Source: Octopus sinensis
Taxonomy: Eukaryota
Assembly (NCBI RefSeq): GCF_006345805.1
Contig: NC_042999.1
Span: 131,874,001 to 131,938,000 of the forward strand
Reading direction: 5' to 3'
Length of the DNA stretch: 64,000 bases
Numbering within the stretch: the first letter of the stretch is position 1; each line of letters begins with the position of its first letter. Of this stretch, positions 51,198 through 63,189 are shown in pieces. Below the pieces are notes generated by a model. The model was not told the DNA's origin, ran no database searches, and saw only the letters and a list, made by a program, of their open reading frames with translations. A program made the position numbers and the translations under genes.

Positions 51198-54100
51198 CTT
51201 TAGCATTTAAACCGGCCCTAATATTCTATGTGTTTTATGCTCTCACACCTCCCCTACAATATCATTCTAAAAATGAGTGCCAAAGGGTTAAAGCAATGGT
51301 TTACAGTAATTTCATTCAAATTATTCAGGCATAAATGTGTAACTAAGATGCTTGTTTCCCAACTATGTGGTCTTGGGTTCAGTCCTACAGTGCAGTCCCT
51401 TGGGCAAGTGTCTTCTAGTATAACCCTGGGCTGGTCAAAGCCTTGTGAAAGGGGGTAGGCAGAAACTGAAAGAAGCCTGTCATGGTGCTGGTTTGTTTAT
51501 GTCCCCATAACATTGTAGTTCAACAAAAGAGATCAATAGAATAACTACAAGGCTTTAAAAAAAAATAAAGCAAAAAAACATGTACTGGAGTTGATTTGTT
51601 TGACTCAATCATTTAAGGTGATGCTCCAGCATGGCTGCAGTCCAGTGACTGAAACAAGTAAAATACATAAGATAAATCTGTTGCATTTTGAAAATTTAGC
51701 TTTAATATTTGTAGTTAAGCAGTTGGCAATTCCAAAACAATTTGTGGTTTGAAACAAGCATAATAAATTGTTGATCTAATGCAGCTGATTCAGTTGTCAT
51801 CGTTTGCCTATTTATTCCATTAGAGGAATGAAGAATTTATGACAAAATTACATAAATGCTTTTACTTTGTTTTGTTACATTATTATATGAAACTCTCAAC
51901 CAGAAAGCATTTCTCCAACTACATTCTTTTTTTAATTACTGACCTTTTTGGTTGAGATGATAGAAACCATGTAAAGGTCAGGTCTTTGAATACTAATGAA
52001 GATTATATTTATATGACTTTCAAGGGCTTTGTTAATATCTATTTTAATGTCATGGGATATATTGTCATACTTTTATCTTCAGATATCATGTTTTTTTTTT
52101 TAAACATTAACTATTACATGCTTTATACATCAGGTCGCTTACAATATCACATCTGTGCTATTCAGATTTGTCTTTTATTGCCAAATTATACTAACAAAAT
52201 AAAGATAGCATTATATTATGTTTAATTAATCACTATTATTTTAATGTTTAGTATGCAGCTTATTACTGGCAGTAGTACATAATAAATATTTCTTAACAGT
52301 TGGACAACGTTAGTGTTTTATAAAATTGTTATTTGAGGCAGTTTTGGTGACACTCTACCTAAATGCATTTAATGTATTGTAAAAACAATGCTTGTTGTCT
52401 TGGAAAATATTTACAAGGCTATTAAGCTAAATAAAACAACAAAAAATGAATAAATAAACAAGATTAGCAGTTATTTTCAGTTATTGCTATAATTTATACA
52501 GATTCTTTTAACCAAGTCACTGGAAAGATAATTTTTAATTTGTCAGTGAAAATTCCTGTTGACTGATTTCTTTAGTGCTTATTAGTCAAGTAGAAACTGA
52601 AGTGGCTGTTATCAAGTAACTTAGACTTTCCAGTTCAGCTTGGAAGTCACTGTGAAGCATCTGTAAGATTATAAGCTGATCTTGTTTCTCTAGTTGTACT
52701 TATGCATTCAAACACAAAATCAATAGCGAAGAGCTTTTCAACTTCATCCTTAAAAAGAAATGATTTTGTAAGTTGTTACTTTCAGTAGATAGGAACAAAT
52801 ATGCTAACCTCAATAAGCTATTCATATGCATAAAGATTAGAGAAACCTCAATTATGCCAGATATACTTATCTGATACACAAATATTTAGCTAAGCACGAC
52901 TAACTTCTAATTATTAAACAAAAATTGAACTTCATCCTAATTTTAGCAGAAACTCGCATAGTTAGCTTCATGTATGTAGTTAAACACCTTAATCTGCTCT
53001 GCTTCATGTATGAATGTCAGTCTTTAAGCACCATTATTGAATTAGATCCTGTTCCAGGGAAGTGCATTTATTGACTTATATGGGATTAAAATAGCTGAGG
53101 CTCGTTTTTAATGAACCAATTAAGCTAAGGAACAGTGAGTCAACAGTTGTATTGTGCATTCAGTTATAACATACTGAGCAATCTTCCTTACTATTCTTAT
53201 ATTCATAATCATGTTGAATGTACTTTGGAATCTTACAAACGTTTGAACTTCAACATAACACAGATAGCAATGGTGGTTGTATTTGATTTAGTACTACTTA
53301 TATTTCTTGACAAACATCTTAAGACCCCTTCACTCCACCACCCCCTCTTCTTTTTTTTGTCATTGGTCAACCCTTCCTATCAACTCTCTTTTAAGTTGAC
53401 CTCACGCAGAGAAGGAAGCCTGATGAGGTCACTTTGCTAGAAATAACTGCCAGATCTCCTTTAAATCATATCCTACTGCACACATTAGATCAGTGGTTCT
53501 CAAATAAATATTTCTTAACAGTATTTGTGGAACCCTTTGATTACTGTTCCATTCTGGTGGACCCCTCCCCTCCTGCATAACCATTTGATGTTTAAAATCT
53601 AGTATTATAGATACTTTTTTCAAAATTCCTATTTTGTTTATCACATATTCACTAGTGTAGGTTGAACAATGTATAACATTCAAGAAAGAAACTTAGTTAT
53701 TTCTTGCAATAAATAGATCTAAAGCAAAATTTTTACCCGGATTGGGAACCACTACATTAAATAATGTTGTTTAAGATTCCCTTGAAAAAACTGGTTGGTC
53801 ATGGCTGGAATGTCTTTAATCATAGGTATGGTGCTAAACAACTACAGCAAACAACATTCCCTTAGTAAATCTATAAGCCATTTCTTGTAGTAATGCTGTT
53901 ATGTTAATAATGCTTGTAGTAATGCTGTATTGAACTTTCAGAAATCAGGTTTCTTAGAAATTGTTTGACTTGACTCTGCAACTCAGAGACATATGTATAA
54001 TACATCTGGGCAATAGCCCAAAATTTTTGCCATTGACAAAACTAACTTGAAAAGCTGTTGAAATATGATTTATGAATGGATGATAGAATGTTGGGTAATT

Positions 54101-55074
54101 GACTCAGAAGTCAATGTTCTGTATCCTATTACTGGTGTTGTGTTGTGTCTAAGGCAAGTCACTTAATTTTCAACAGCTTCAAAATAGGTACAATAGGTAC
54201 TGTTGAGTGTAAATTGCAGTCATGATGTTGTATCTTTGAATGATTTGCTGACTTGTTCAACTGCTAAGTTCAGGTCCTTCTGTGAGAAAAGCACTCTGTA
54301 GTAGACCACTGTGCTATGCAGATAAAGATTTTGTTTCTCCCCTGCTTAACCTCATAAAAACTGTAAAATGTAATATTAGTTTCAAATTTTGGCACAAAGC
54401 CAGTAATTTTGGGGGACTCCAGTGCTCAACTCAGTACATCAACCCCAGTGCTCAACTGGTAATTATTTCATCAACCTTGAATGGATGAAAGCAGTCGACC
54501 TCAGTGGAATTTGAACTCAGAACATAAAGACTGGTGAAATGCCACTAAACATTTTGCACAGCATGCTAACAATTCTGCCAGCTCACCACCTTAATTGTTT
54601 TGTAATATTAATTAACTGACTGATGTGGGTGGGCTACATTGATATTTGTCACTATTTCTTATTGTGGCCTTTGTGGTTGAAATTACTGTTGTTATTTTTA
54701 TTTCTATTGTTATTGTTTAGGAGACTGTCTATGGGGCACCTGGCACTCCATCAGTTACAACAACAAGGGTTCTAGTTGATCCAATCAACGGAACAGCCTG
54801 CTTGCGAAATTGATATGGAAGTGGTAAAGCATTCCACAGACATGCATATTCGTAACATAGTTCTCAGGGATATTCAGCATGACACAGAATGTGACATAGC
54901 TGGCCCTTTGGAATACAGGTACTACTCATTTTTGCTAGCTGCGTGGACTGGGGCAGCATGAAATAAAGTGTCTTGCTCAAGGACACAATGCATCACCGAG
55001 AATTGAACTCACAAACTTACTGTCAAGAGTCAAATACCCTAACCACTAAGCCATGCACCTTCACCACAATTCTA

Positions 55075-55271
55075 GGTAATTTGACACCTGGTAATTTCAC
55101 TCTCAGTATTTTGACTCTGATAATTTGACCCCTGGTTAATTTGACTGCCAGTCAGTTTCACTCCTAATATTATTGTTGTGCTCGATGATTTACAGTTAAC
55201 TGAAAGTATTATTGCAGTCAAATTACCGGAGCCAAAATACTGGGTGTGAAATTACCAGGAGTCAAATTACC
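55075..55271. mobile_element. foldback MITE with ~55-bp arms built from ~15-bp subrepeats (GGTAATTTGACTCCT)
   Basis: Left arm ggtaatttgacacctggtaatttcactctcagtattttgactctgataatttgac; the right arm is its reverse complement. No TSD seen. Confidence 0.8.
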
Positions 55272-55936
55272 AGCTGCTGTGTACCACATATAAAGCATTA
55301 GGCCTGTCCTTTGTTATCAAATTCCTTTCCCAGTAGTTGCAGGGCAGTCAAATTGTAATTCCGTGTGGGAGCCAAATTCTAAATATGTGAGATCAAAGTA
55401 TGGAACTGGAAGTCATTACTACGAAAGAGTTGATTTCTAATAGACTGGTGTTTTTTATACATGAAGTGTAATTCTTCACAAATTCTTCTCTGAGTTGACT
55501 CTCTCCAAATTTAGCATTGAGCCACAGGAGTGCTGTAACATAAAAAAATTACTGTTTTCTTTACATTGAATAATACACTCTCAGTTCTACAGTTTTATAA
55601 CTTGGTCGTGGCAGATACTGGTGTCATGCAACTGGCACCCATGCCAGTGGCACACAAAAGCACCCATTACACTCTCAGAGTGGTTGGCATTAGGAAAGTC
55701 ATCCAGCCATAGAAACCATGCTAAATCAGACTAGGGTCTGGTGCAGGCCTTCAGCTTACTAGCCCTGATCAAACTGCTCAAACCATGCCAGGATGGACAA
55801 CGGACATTAAATAATTTATGATGATGATGATGACCTCTACTGTTCCACAACTCAACTCCAGTTCTTAGTTTTACTCCACCATTCTGTAATTTGATCTCCA
55901 CAGTTAAATATAACTTCATCTTCTGTTCTTTTACAG

Positions 55937-55984
55937 AAGTTCAGTTGTGTCCAACCTGTTTGGAACAAAAAAAGCTCCCTTCAT
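55937..55984 (+). CDS. WAPL: candidate 48-nt WAPL exon (KFSCVQPVWNKKSSLH)
   Basis: Acceptor catcttctgttcttttacag| and donor CAT|gtgagt; length 3n; open in the phase-0 frame; sits in non-repeat DNA. No homology recognised. Confidence 0.55.
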
Positions 55985-56515
55985 GTGAGTGGTGCTGTTG
56001 TTTTCAATATTGTCTTTATCATCACACTGTGATATAAACAGATATAAAGGTCCTGCAAAGCCAGGTGTTGTAGTTGTTGCTGCTGTTGTGGCTGTTGTCT
56101 TGTCCTTATTGTTATGTTCATCAGTGGCAGTAATTCATATACTTCATCAAGTTTTGATTGAGTATCTTTTTAAGTTATCAAAAGTTTATATGGATCACAT
56201 ATTGTATAGATGCTTAATAAAACAGGGCCAAATTTTTTTGTAGTGTTCTGAATTAAACAAAAATAACAACAGCAACACACAAGATAATAGCTATCAGTGA
56301 AATAATCAATAATTGTGTAACCGCTTCATAGATTCTGTTTGACAAAACTGTTTCTTAGACAATCTCTGTTCACTGAGAATGTTAAAATGTAGTGAAAGGA
56401 AGCAAGATATTTCTTGCTTTGAGCTGACGATTCATCAATTTTAAACATCATTGATTTTTATTTGTTCTAACCCTCATTGGCTCCATGGAAAACTTCTCAT
56501 AATGTGTACAAGATG

Positions 56516-56519
<4 letters not shown>

Positions 56520-56587
<68 letters not shown>
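56520..56587. repeat. (CT)n microsatellite
   Basis: Direct reading. Confidence 0.97.
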
Positions 56588-56589
<2 letters not shown>

Positions 56590-58524
56590 GATATCGTTGT
56601 CTTTATTGTACAGTTTGATACAGTTTCTTGCCAAAAACAGATCATTCTCTCTCTCTTGTCTTTCTGTTCTTCCCTCCTCTTTCTGTATCTCTCTTTTGCT
56701 CTCTCTCTCTCTCTCTTTCTTTCTCCCCCTCCAGTCTGAAATTCAAAATATGCAGTAAATATCTTAAAAGGAAGTTATTTTGGGGAAAATACTTTTTTAA
56801 TGATTTTTTTTTTTTCTGAAAATATTATTGTCATTGAAGTGTTTTTACAAAATAACAAAATTCTTGAAGGAATTTAAAGTATAGAAATTTATTGAAAATG
56901 CCATATTTTCTCTAATGTTTAATTTGACCATACACACATGAAATATAAAAGCCAAACTTTAAAAAGGTAATAAGAGGGTTTGAGAGTTAATTAATTAGTA
57001 TTTATTCTTTCCTCATATTTTTAAAAGGAGATAAACTGGCATTCCGTCAGTTACGATGAGGATTCCAGTTGATCTGAATAACGGAACAGCCTGCTTGTGA
57101 AGTTAATGTGTAAGTGGCTGAGCACTCCACTTGTACCCTTAACATGTTCTCTGTGTGACAAGGCTGACCTTTTGAAATACGGGTACCACTCACTTTTGCC
57201 AGCTGAGTGGACTGGAGCAATATAAAATAAAGTGTCTGGCTCAAATATTCTTCCTGTTTTTATGTTCAAACTGGTTAGATCCGAACTCTCACACCTACCC
57301 TACAATGTCGTTCTAAAAATCAAAACGGTTATTTCAAAACAGTGTGAATAAGTAAGCATTACATTTGATAGAGTAATTTGAATGCTGAAAGGTTAAAATG
57401 AAATAGCAATTATACAAGCTTAAGTTTGTTACTCAATTAAATATCCCCTTTCCTTTACAGCTCATGTGTGAACATGACTGTTTTTAGGTTAATTGTAATG
57501 ATAAGTAGTCTACTACATGGGTAGTTATTTCATCTTTGATGAGCAGAATCCTGGCTGAAAATTTACAGATGATTCAGTATTGGGAGTTTCTTTAATGCTT
57601 TGCCCAATAATACCCTGTTATTAATTAGCATCGATCTTAATTTTATCATTAATATGCTCATCTTCTATGCTATTGCCAAATGTAGCCTTCCTCCATTTCA
57701 ACACTGAACATTAAAATGATGATGGTGCTGCTGAACTAACGCGCGCACACACACACACATATATACGACAGGCTTCTTTCAGTTTCCATCTACCAAATCC
57801 ACGCACAAGGCTTTGGTCAGCCTGAGGCTATAGTAGAAGACACTTTCCCAAGGTGCCACACAGTGGGGCTGAACCCGGAACCATGTGGTTTGTAAGCAAG
57901 CTACTTATCACACAGCCACTCATTTTCTTTTTATTCAGGCATGTCTGTGCGTGTGATTAAGAAACTTGCTTCCCAACCACATGATCTTGTCTTATCTCTT
58001 TCCCTGGCACCATGAGCAAGTGTCTTCTACTGTTGTTCTGGGCTAACCAAAACCTTGTGGATTTGATGGACAGAAACTGGAAGAAGCCTGTATATATAGA
58101 CTGAAACTGAAAATAACCTATGTATATAGTAATACTAACAGTAATTATTGGGTAGAATTTATAAACATTTATTGCATCGCTATTTGCATGAAGAAATGAA
58201 TCCATGAAGATGATTTACCCTATGCCCACAGATAGTGCGGACTACACTGTAACCACCCCAGGAATACAGACTGTGATCTTAAGAGACATGTGATTAGTGG
58301 AAACATGCATAGCAATGCATCAGATGCTTATAAATTCCATCCAAAGGTTATTGTTAGTACTACTATATTTATCTTACACTATATCAGTACAACTTGATTC
58401 AACCCCCAAAAATATGGTTCACCAGTCAGCATCATTAGACTGTGGCCAGCATAATTGAATAGGAGCTTTATTTACATATTCAAAACATTTCCTGTAAACA
58501 AATTTAAAAGATATATATAAGTAA

Positions 58525-58800
58525 ATGTAATGAAAATCCTCTATTTACATAATATCGAGGTCTCTTTCTTTCTTTTGTTGTCTTACCATTTCTATCTATC
58601 TATATATCGCCATGATAGATCGTTAGCCACTACACACATTTTTTTTCTCTCTTTGTTTTTTCTGTGTCACTTCCTGTAGAAGAGCATAGGCTCAAAATGT
58701 AAAAGACTTTTTCTATTCCTGAGTGTTATACTAATACATCTGTTTGTTTTGTACACCACCTGTCTTCGTCTTTTGTTTTTTTCGTAAACTCTCCCTATAT
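58525..58800 (+). mobile_element. probable Penelope-type terminal repeat relic with a degenerate hammerhead-like motif at 58674-58700
   Basis: CTGTAGA-A-GAGC(ATAG)GCTC-AAAATGT has the layout CTGANGA-stem II-GAAACGT, with core mutations. Confidence 0.4.
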
Positions 58801-59240
58801 ATCTATGTATTATGTCTGTATGTGTTTATCTGTGTGTTTGTGTTAGATTTGTTCCCCGTCTCCGCTTGACAATCAGTGTTGGTTTGTTTACGTCTCTGTA
58901 ACTTAGTAATTTGGCAAAAGAGACCAATATAGCATAAGTGTGAGACTTGAAAAAAAAAAGTACTGGGTTAATTTATTTGACTAAACCTTCCAGGATGGTG
59001 CTCCAGCCTGACCACAATCAAATGGCTGAAACATGTACAAGTTAAAAGATGAAAGACTAACTTCTTTGCTTTTGTGTGTGTGCATGTGTGTCTCATGCAC
59101 ACACACACAACACATTCCCACATATGTAATTTATCTGTTATCAGCATGAATTATTTTGCAGTAAATTTTATTTGCTTCTTTTTTATTTACTTTTTGTTTT
59201 TCTTCTTTACTAAAATTGTATTTTTCTGAATTTATTTCAG

Positions 59241-59309
59241 TCTCCATCAAAAGCTGTATATAATGCACGGTCTTGGGTGATGGATATGGATGAAGATATT
59301 GGTCAAAAA
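59241..59309 (+). CDS. WAPL: WAPL internal coding exon, 69 nt (SPSKAVYNARSWVMDMDEDIGQK)
   Basis: Acceptor tttatttcag|, donor AAA|gtaagt, phase 0-0, compatible with the upstream exon. KAVYNARxW matches the recalled vertebrate WAPL segment KAVYNARHW. Confidence 0.9.
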
Positions 59310-59493
59310 GTAAGTATCTTTAACTTTACTTAGCTCTCACGTATGCTCTATAATATTGTATAACATACATTTTGATGAAACAGTTTCATAGTCTTGGCAA
59401 ACTCATATCATTTCCTCTGTCTTCAGACTAGACTTGGCAGCAGGGTGAGCATCCAGTCATTATGTATCATCTCTAACCCTTTTAAGTATTTAA

Positions 59494-59713
59494 CCCTTTT
59501 GTTACCAACCTGACTGAAACCGGCTCTGCCTCTGAGTACAAATGTCTTGGTTTCATAGGTTTTGAATTAAAATCTTCCGCCAAACCTTTGTCACAATTTA
59601 TGTTCCTAACACTGACTTGATGATAACTAAGTTATTTTACTAAATTCTTTGTTATATTTTAAATGACGGAAAGAAACACAGAGCATCTTAACAGAAATAC
59701 AGTAACGAAAGGG
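59494..59713. mobile_element. TTAA-flanked piggyBac-type MITE family B, 220 bp, nested in a family A copy
   Basis: TIR CCCTTTTGTTAC / GTAACGAAAGGG; TTAA at 59490-93 and 59714-17. Confidence 0.88.
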
Positions 59714-61526
59714 TTAAACTGCGATATCTGGCCTAAATATCCCACCTGTTTTATGTTCAAACCAGCCAAATCCAACCTCTCATACCTACCCTACAATGTC
59801 AAAAATAAAGAAGCATATCATTGAATTCTCAGTGCTACAAAATATTGCATGATGAATTGAAAACAATATGAATAAATAAGCGTTACATTTTGACAAAGTA
59901 ATTTGAATTTGTAGAAATTTTTTGAATTTTGGCTATGTGTGAAAAAAATAATGAACTTTGTAGGGTGAATTTATTAATTTTTTTGAACAATTAAATTTAT
60001 TGGAATATTTTTTAGAATTATGCAAAGAATATATTTTTGTATATATATTTTAAATTATATCTCAGTGCAAATATAAATGGCTTAGATAACAGAGAATCAA
60101 AATGTCAAAATGTTTTGTTGGGTTTTTTTTCCTGATGTAAACAAAGATTTCTCAACTGACATTTCCCTCTGAGCTGCAGAATGAAAACAAAAGCTGAACA
60201 GTAACAATAGGTGCAGACATGGCTGTGTGGTGAGAAGCTTGCTTCTCAACCATATGGTTCTGGGTTCAGTCCCACTGCATGGCACCTTGGGCAAGTGTCT
60301 TCTACCATATCCTGGGTTAACTAGAGCATTGTGTGTGGATTTGATAAATGGATACTGAAAGAAGCTTGTCGTATGCGTGTGTGTGTGAGTGCTATGTTTG
60401 TCCACTACCACTGCTTTGGAACCAGTGTTAGTTTGTTTATGGACCTGTTACTTAGCAGTTTGGCAAAGTAGACCAATAAAATTAGTACCAAGCTTAAAAA
60501 GTAAAATAAGTTCTGGGGTTCATTTGTTTGACTAAATTCTTCAAAGCTAGTGAATCTCAAAGAAACAAGGTGATAAGTTAAAGAATTTTTGAATTTATTT
60601 CAGAAAATTCATTTTCATTCAATGTGACAACTATGGTCATGTTTCAGCCTTACTGCACCTCATCAGCAACGCATAGTCAAACAAGAGCCTACCTGATTAA
60701 TTGGCAAACATCTTTTTTATTATATTATGAAGAGTTTATGGAGAATTTTGGCTAGCAGTGGTAAGAATAGTGTAAATTAGCTAAGGGAACTAACTCAAAG
60801 TGGGCCAGTGGCATAAATTAAGATACCAAAGTTGAGGAATGATGTCATGACATATATGAAAATTACTATACCCAATTAATTCTTTTTGCTTGTAAAATCC
60901 TTTCTTGGCTGAGATCCAATTAGGCTGAAACATGTTATCTGTATTACATTCTAACAAAGATCAGAATTTTCCTTTAAGCATGTTAGTTTTTAATTTCTTG
61001 TAATGATGTCACTTTTCTTTAAGAGTCACTAATGATTATTGTGAGGTTTTTGTTGTCCTTTTTCCTACAAAGGTAAATTACACTTAACCGAGAATTTTTG
61101 GCATGCATCTTTCTGTACAGCATCCACCGATTTATTTTTATTTAATTTGTGCCATTGACCCACTTCCATAACCCTTTAATCATTCAGACTGTTCAGTCAA
61201 ATTTAATGCTTATTTATTCATTGCTTATTCATTAATCATGCATTATCTTGTAACTTCAAGATTTCATTGTAGTGGTTGTTTATTTTTAAAATTAAATTGT
61301 AGGGTAGGTGCAAGAAGCCAGATCTGGCTGGCTTTAACTTAAAGCAGGTTGAATATTTAATGTAGATATTCAGGCACAGGCCTGGCTGTATGGTAAGAGC
61401 TTGCTTCCCAATCACATGGTTCCAGGTTCAGACCCACTGTGTGGCACCTTGGGCAAGTGTCTTCTACTACAGCCTCAGGAATGCATTTGGTAAATGGAAA
61501 CTGAAAGAAGTCCATTGTACATATAT

Positions 61527-61716
61527 GTGCAGGTGGCACGTAAAAAGCACCCACTACACTCACGGAGTGGTTGGCGTTAGGAAGAGCATCCAGCTGTAGA
61601 AACTTTGCCAGATAAGACCGGAGCCTGGTGCAGCCTTCTGGCTTCCCAGATCCCCGGTCGAACCGTCCAACCCATGCTAGCATGGAGAACGGACATTAAA
61701 CGATGATGATGATGAT
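61527..61716 (+). mobile_element. RTE-like 3'-tail retroelement ending in (ATG)n, inserted into a family 1 SINE
   Basis: 10-bp TSD GTACATATAT at 61517-26 and 61717-26; contains ggcgttaggaagagcatccagctgtagaaa; splits a SINE into head (61372-61516) and tail (61727-61955). Confidence 0.85.
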
Positions 61717-62563
61717 GTACATATATCTGTGTGTATGCCTCTGTGTCTGTGTTTGTCACTCTGCCCACTGCTTGACAACCGATGTTGGTGTGTTTACATC
61801 TCCATAACTTAGCTGTTCAGTAAAGGAGATTGGTAGAATGAGTACTAGGCTTAAAACATAAGTCCTGGGGTCGATTTGTTCGACTAAAACTGCTCTATGT
61901 GGTGCTCCAGCATGGCCGCAGTCAAATGCCTGAAACAAGTAAAAAGAATAAAAGAACCTGTTTTATGATATTTGATCCAGATATAGCCAGTTTAAATGCT
62001 GAAGGCTTGAGCTTGTTTTATGTCTTAAGTTTTCTTTTGCTAACTACATAGTTGTGCCAGGGTATTTAGATATATTGGAAGATATCGACTTATTTAAAAT
62101 ATATTGAGGAGAATATCAAATAGTTTAGATATACATAAAATTATATGTTGATGCTAATCTGAATAAGATTGCAATATGTGATTGGAATCAAAATCCTTTT
62201 TTTTTTCTTTTTTTTTTTTGATGACTGAATGCCTTTCTTGTCACCAACCCCACTAGTTTCTAAGTGAGGTTGTAATCTCCTTGTCTCTTGAACAAAAAAG
62301 AGCTATATATCAGAGAATATAAGGTCATTTAAATATATGGAAGAATATAAGATTATTTAGATATTCTTTTATTCTTTTACATGTTTCAGTAATTTGACTG
62401 TGGTCAAGCTGGAGCACCGCCTTAAAGGGTTTTAGTTGAAGAAATTGACCCTAGGACTTATTCTTTGTAAGCTTAGTACTTATTCTATCAGTCTTTTTTG
62501 CTGAACTGCTAAGTTTCAAGGACATGAACACACCGATATCAGATCAAAGAAAACAAAATTATT

Positions 62564-62595
<32 letters not shown>

Positions 62596-63189
62596 AACAG
62601 CTTATTTACATATATGTGACTGTGTGGTAAGAACCTTGTTTCCCAACCACATGGTTCTGGGTTCAGTTCCACTGTGTAGCACTTTGGTCAAGCATCTTCA
62701 ACTACAGCCTTCGGGCAACCAAAGCCTTGTGAGTGGATTTGGTAAACATAAACTGAATGAAGCTCATTGTGTATATATATCAATGTGTGTGTGTCTTTGT
62801 GTCTGTTTGTCCTCCACCACTGCTTGGCAACTGGTGTCGGTGCAGTTATGTTCTCAGCAAAAGAGACGAATGGACATACTGGGGGAAGATTCATTTGACT
62901 AAAAATTCTTGAAGTGGTGCACCAGCATGTCCACAGTCTAATAACTCAAACAAGTAAAAGATAAAAGAGTAAAAATTATTTTGACAAATTGTAGCAAATT
63001 GTAGATGTAGGAGTGGCTGTGTGGTAAGTAGCTTGCTTACGAACCACATGGTTCCAGGTTCAGTCCCACTGCGTGGCACCTTGGGCAAGTGTCTTTTACT
63101 ATAGCCTTGGGCTTACCAAAGCCTTGTGAGTGGATTTAGTAGATGGAAACTGAAAGAAGCCCGTCGTATATATGTATATTTATATTTCT

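Noticed and set aside
52639-52662. 24-nt in-frame microexon candidate (LGSHCEAS)
   Set aside because: Competing upstream AGs and a poor pyrimidine tract.
53420-53445. CTGATGA...GAAA as a hammerhead ribozyme
   Set aside because: The intervening bases do not form stem II, and the GAAA belongs to a dispersed repeat (agaaatagcagcc-type).
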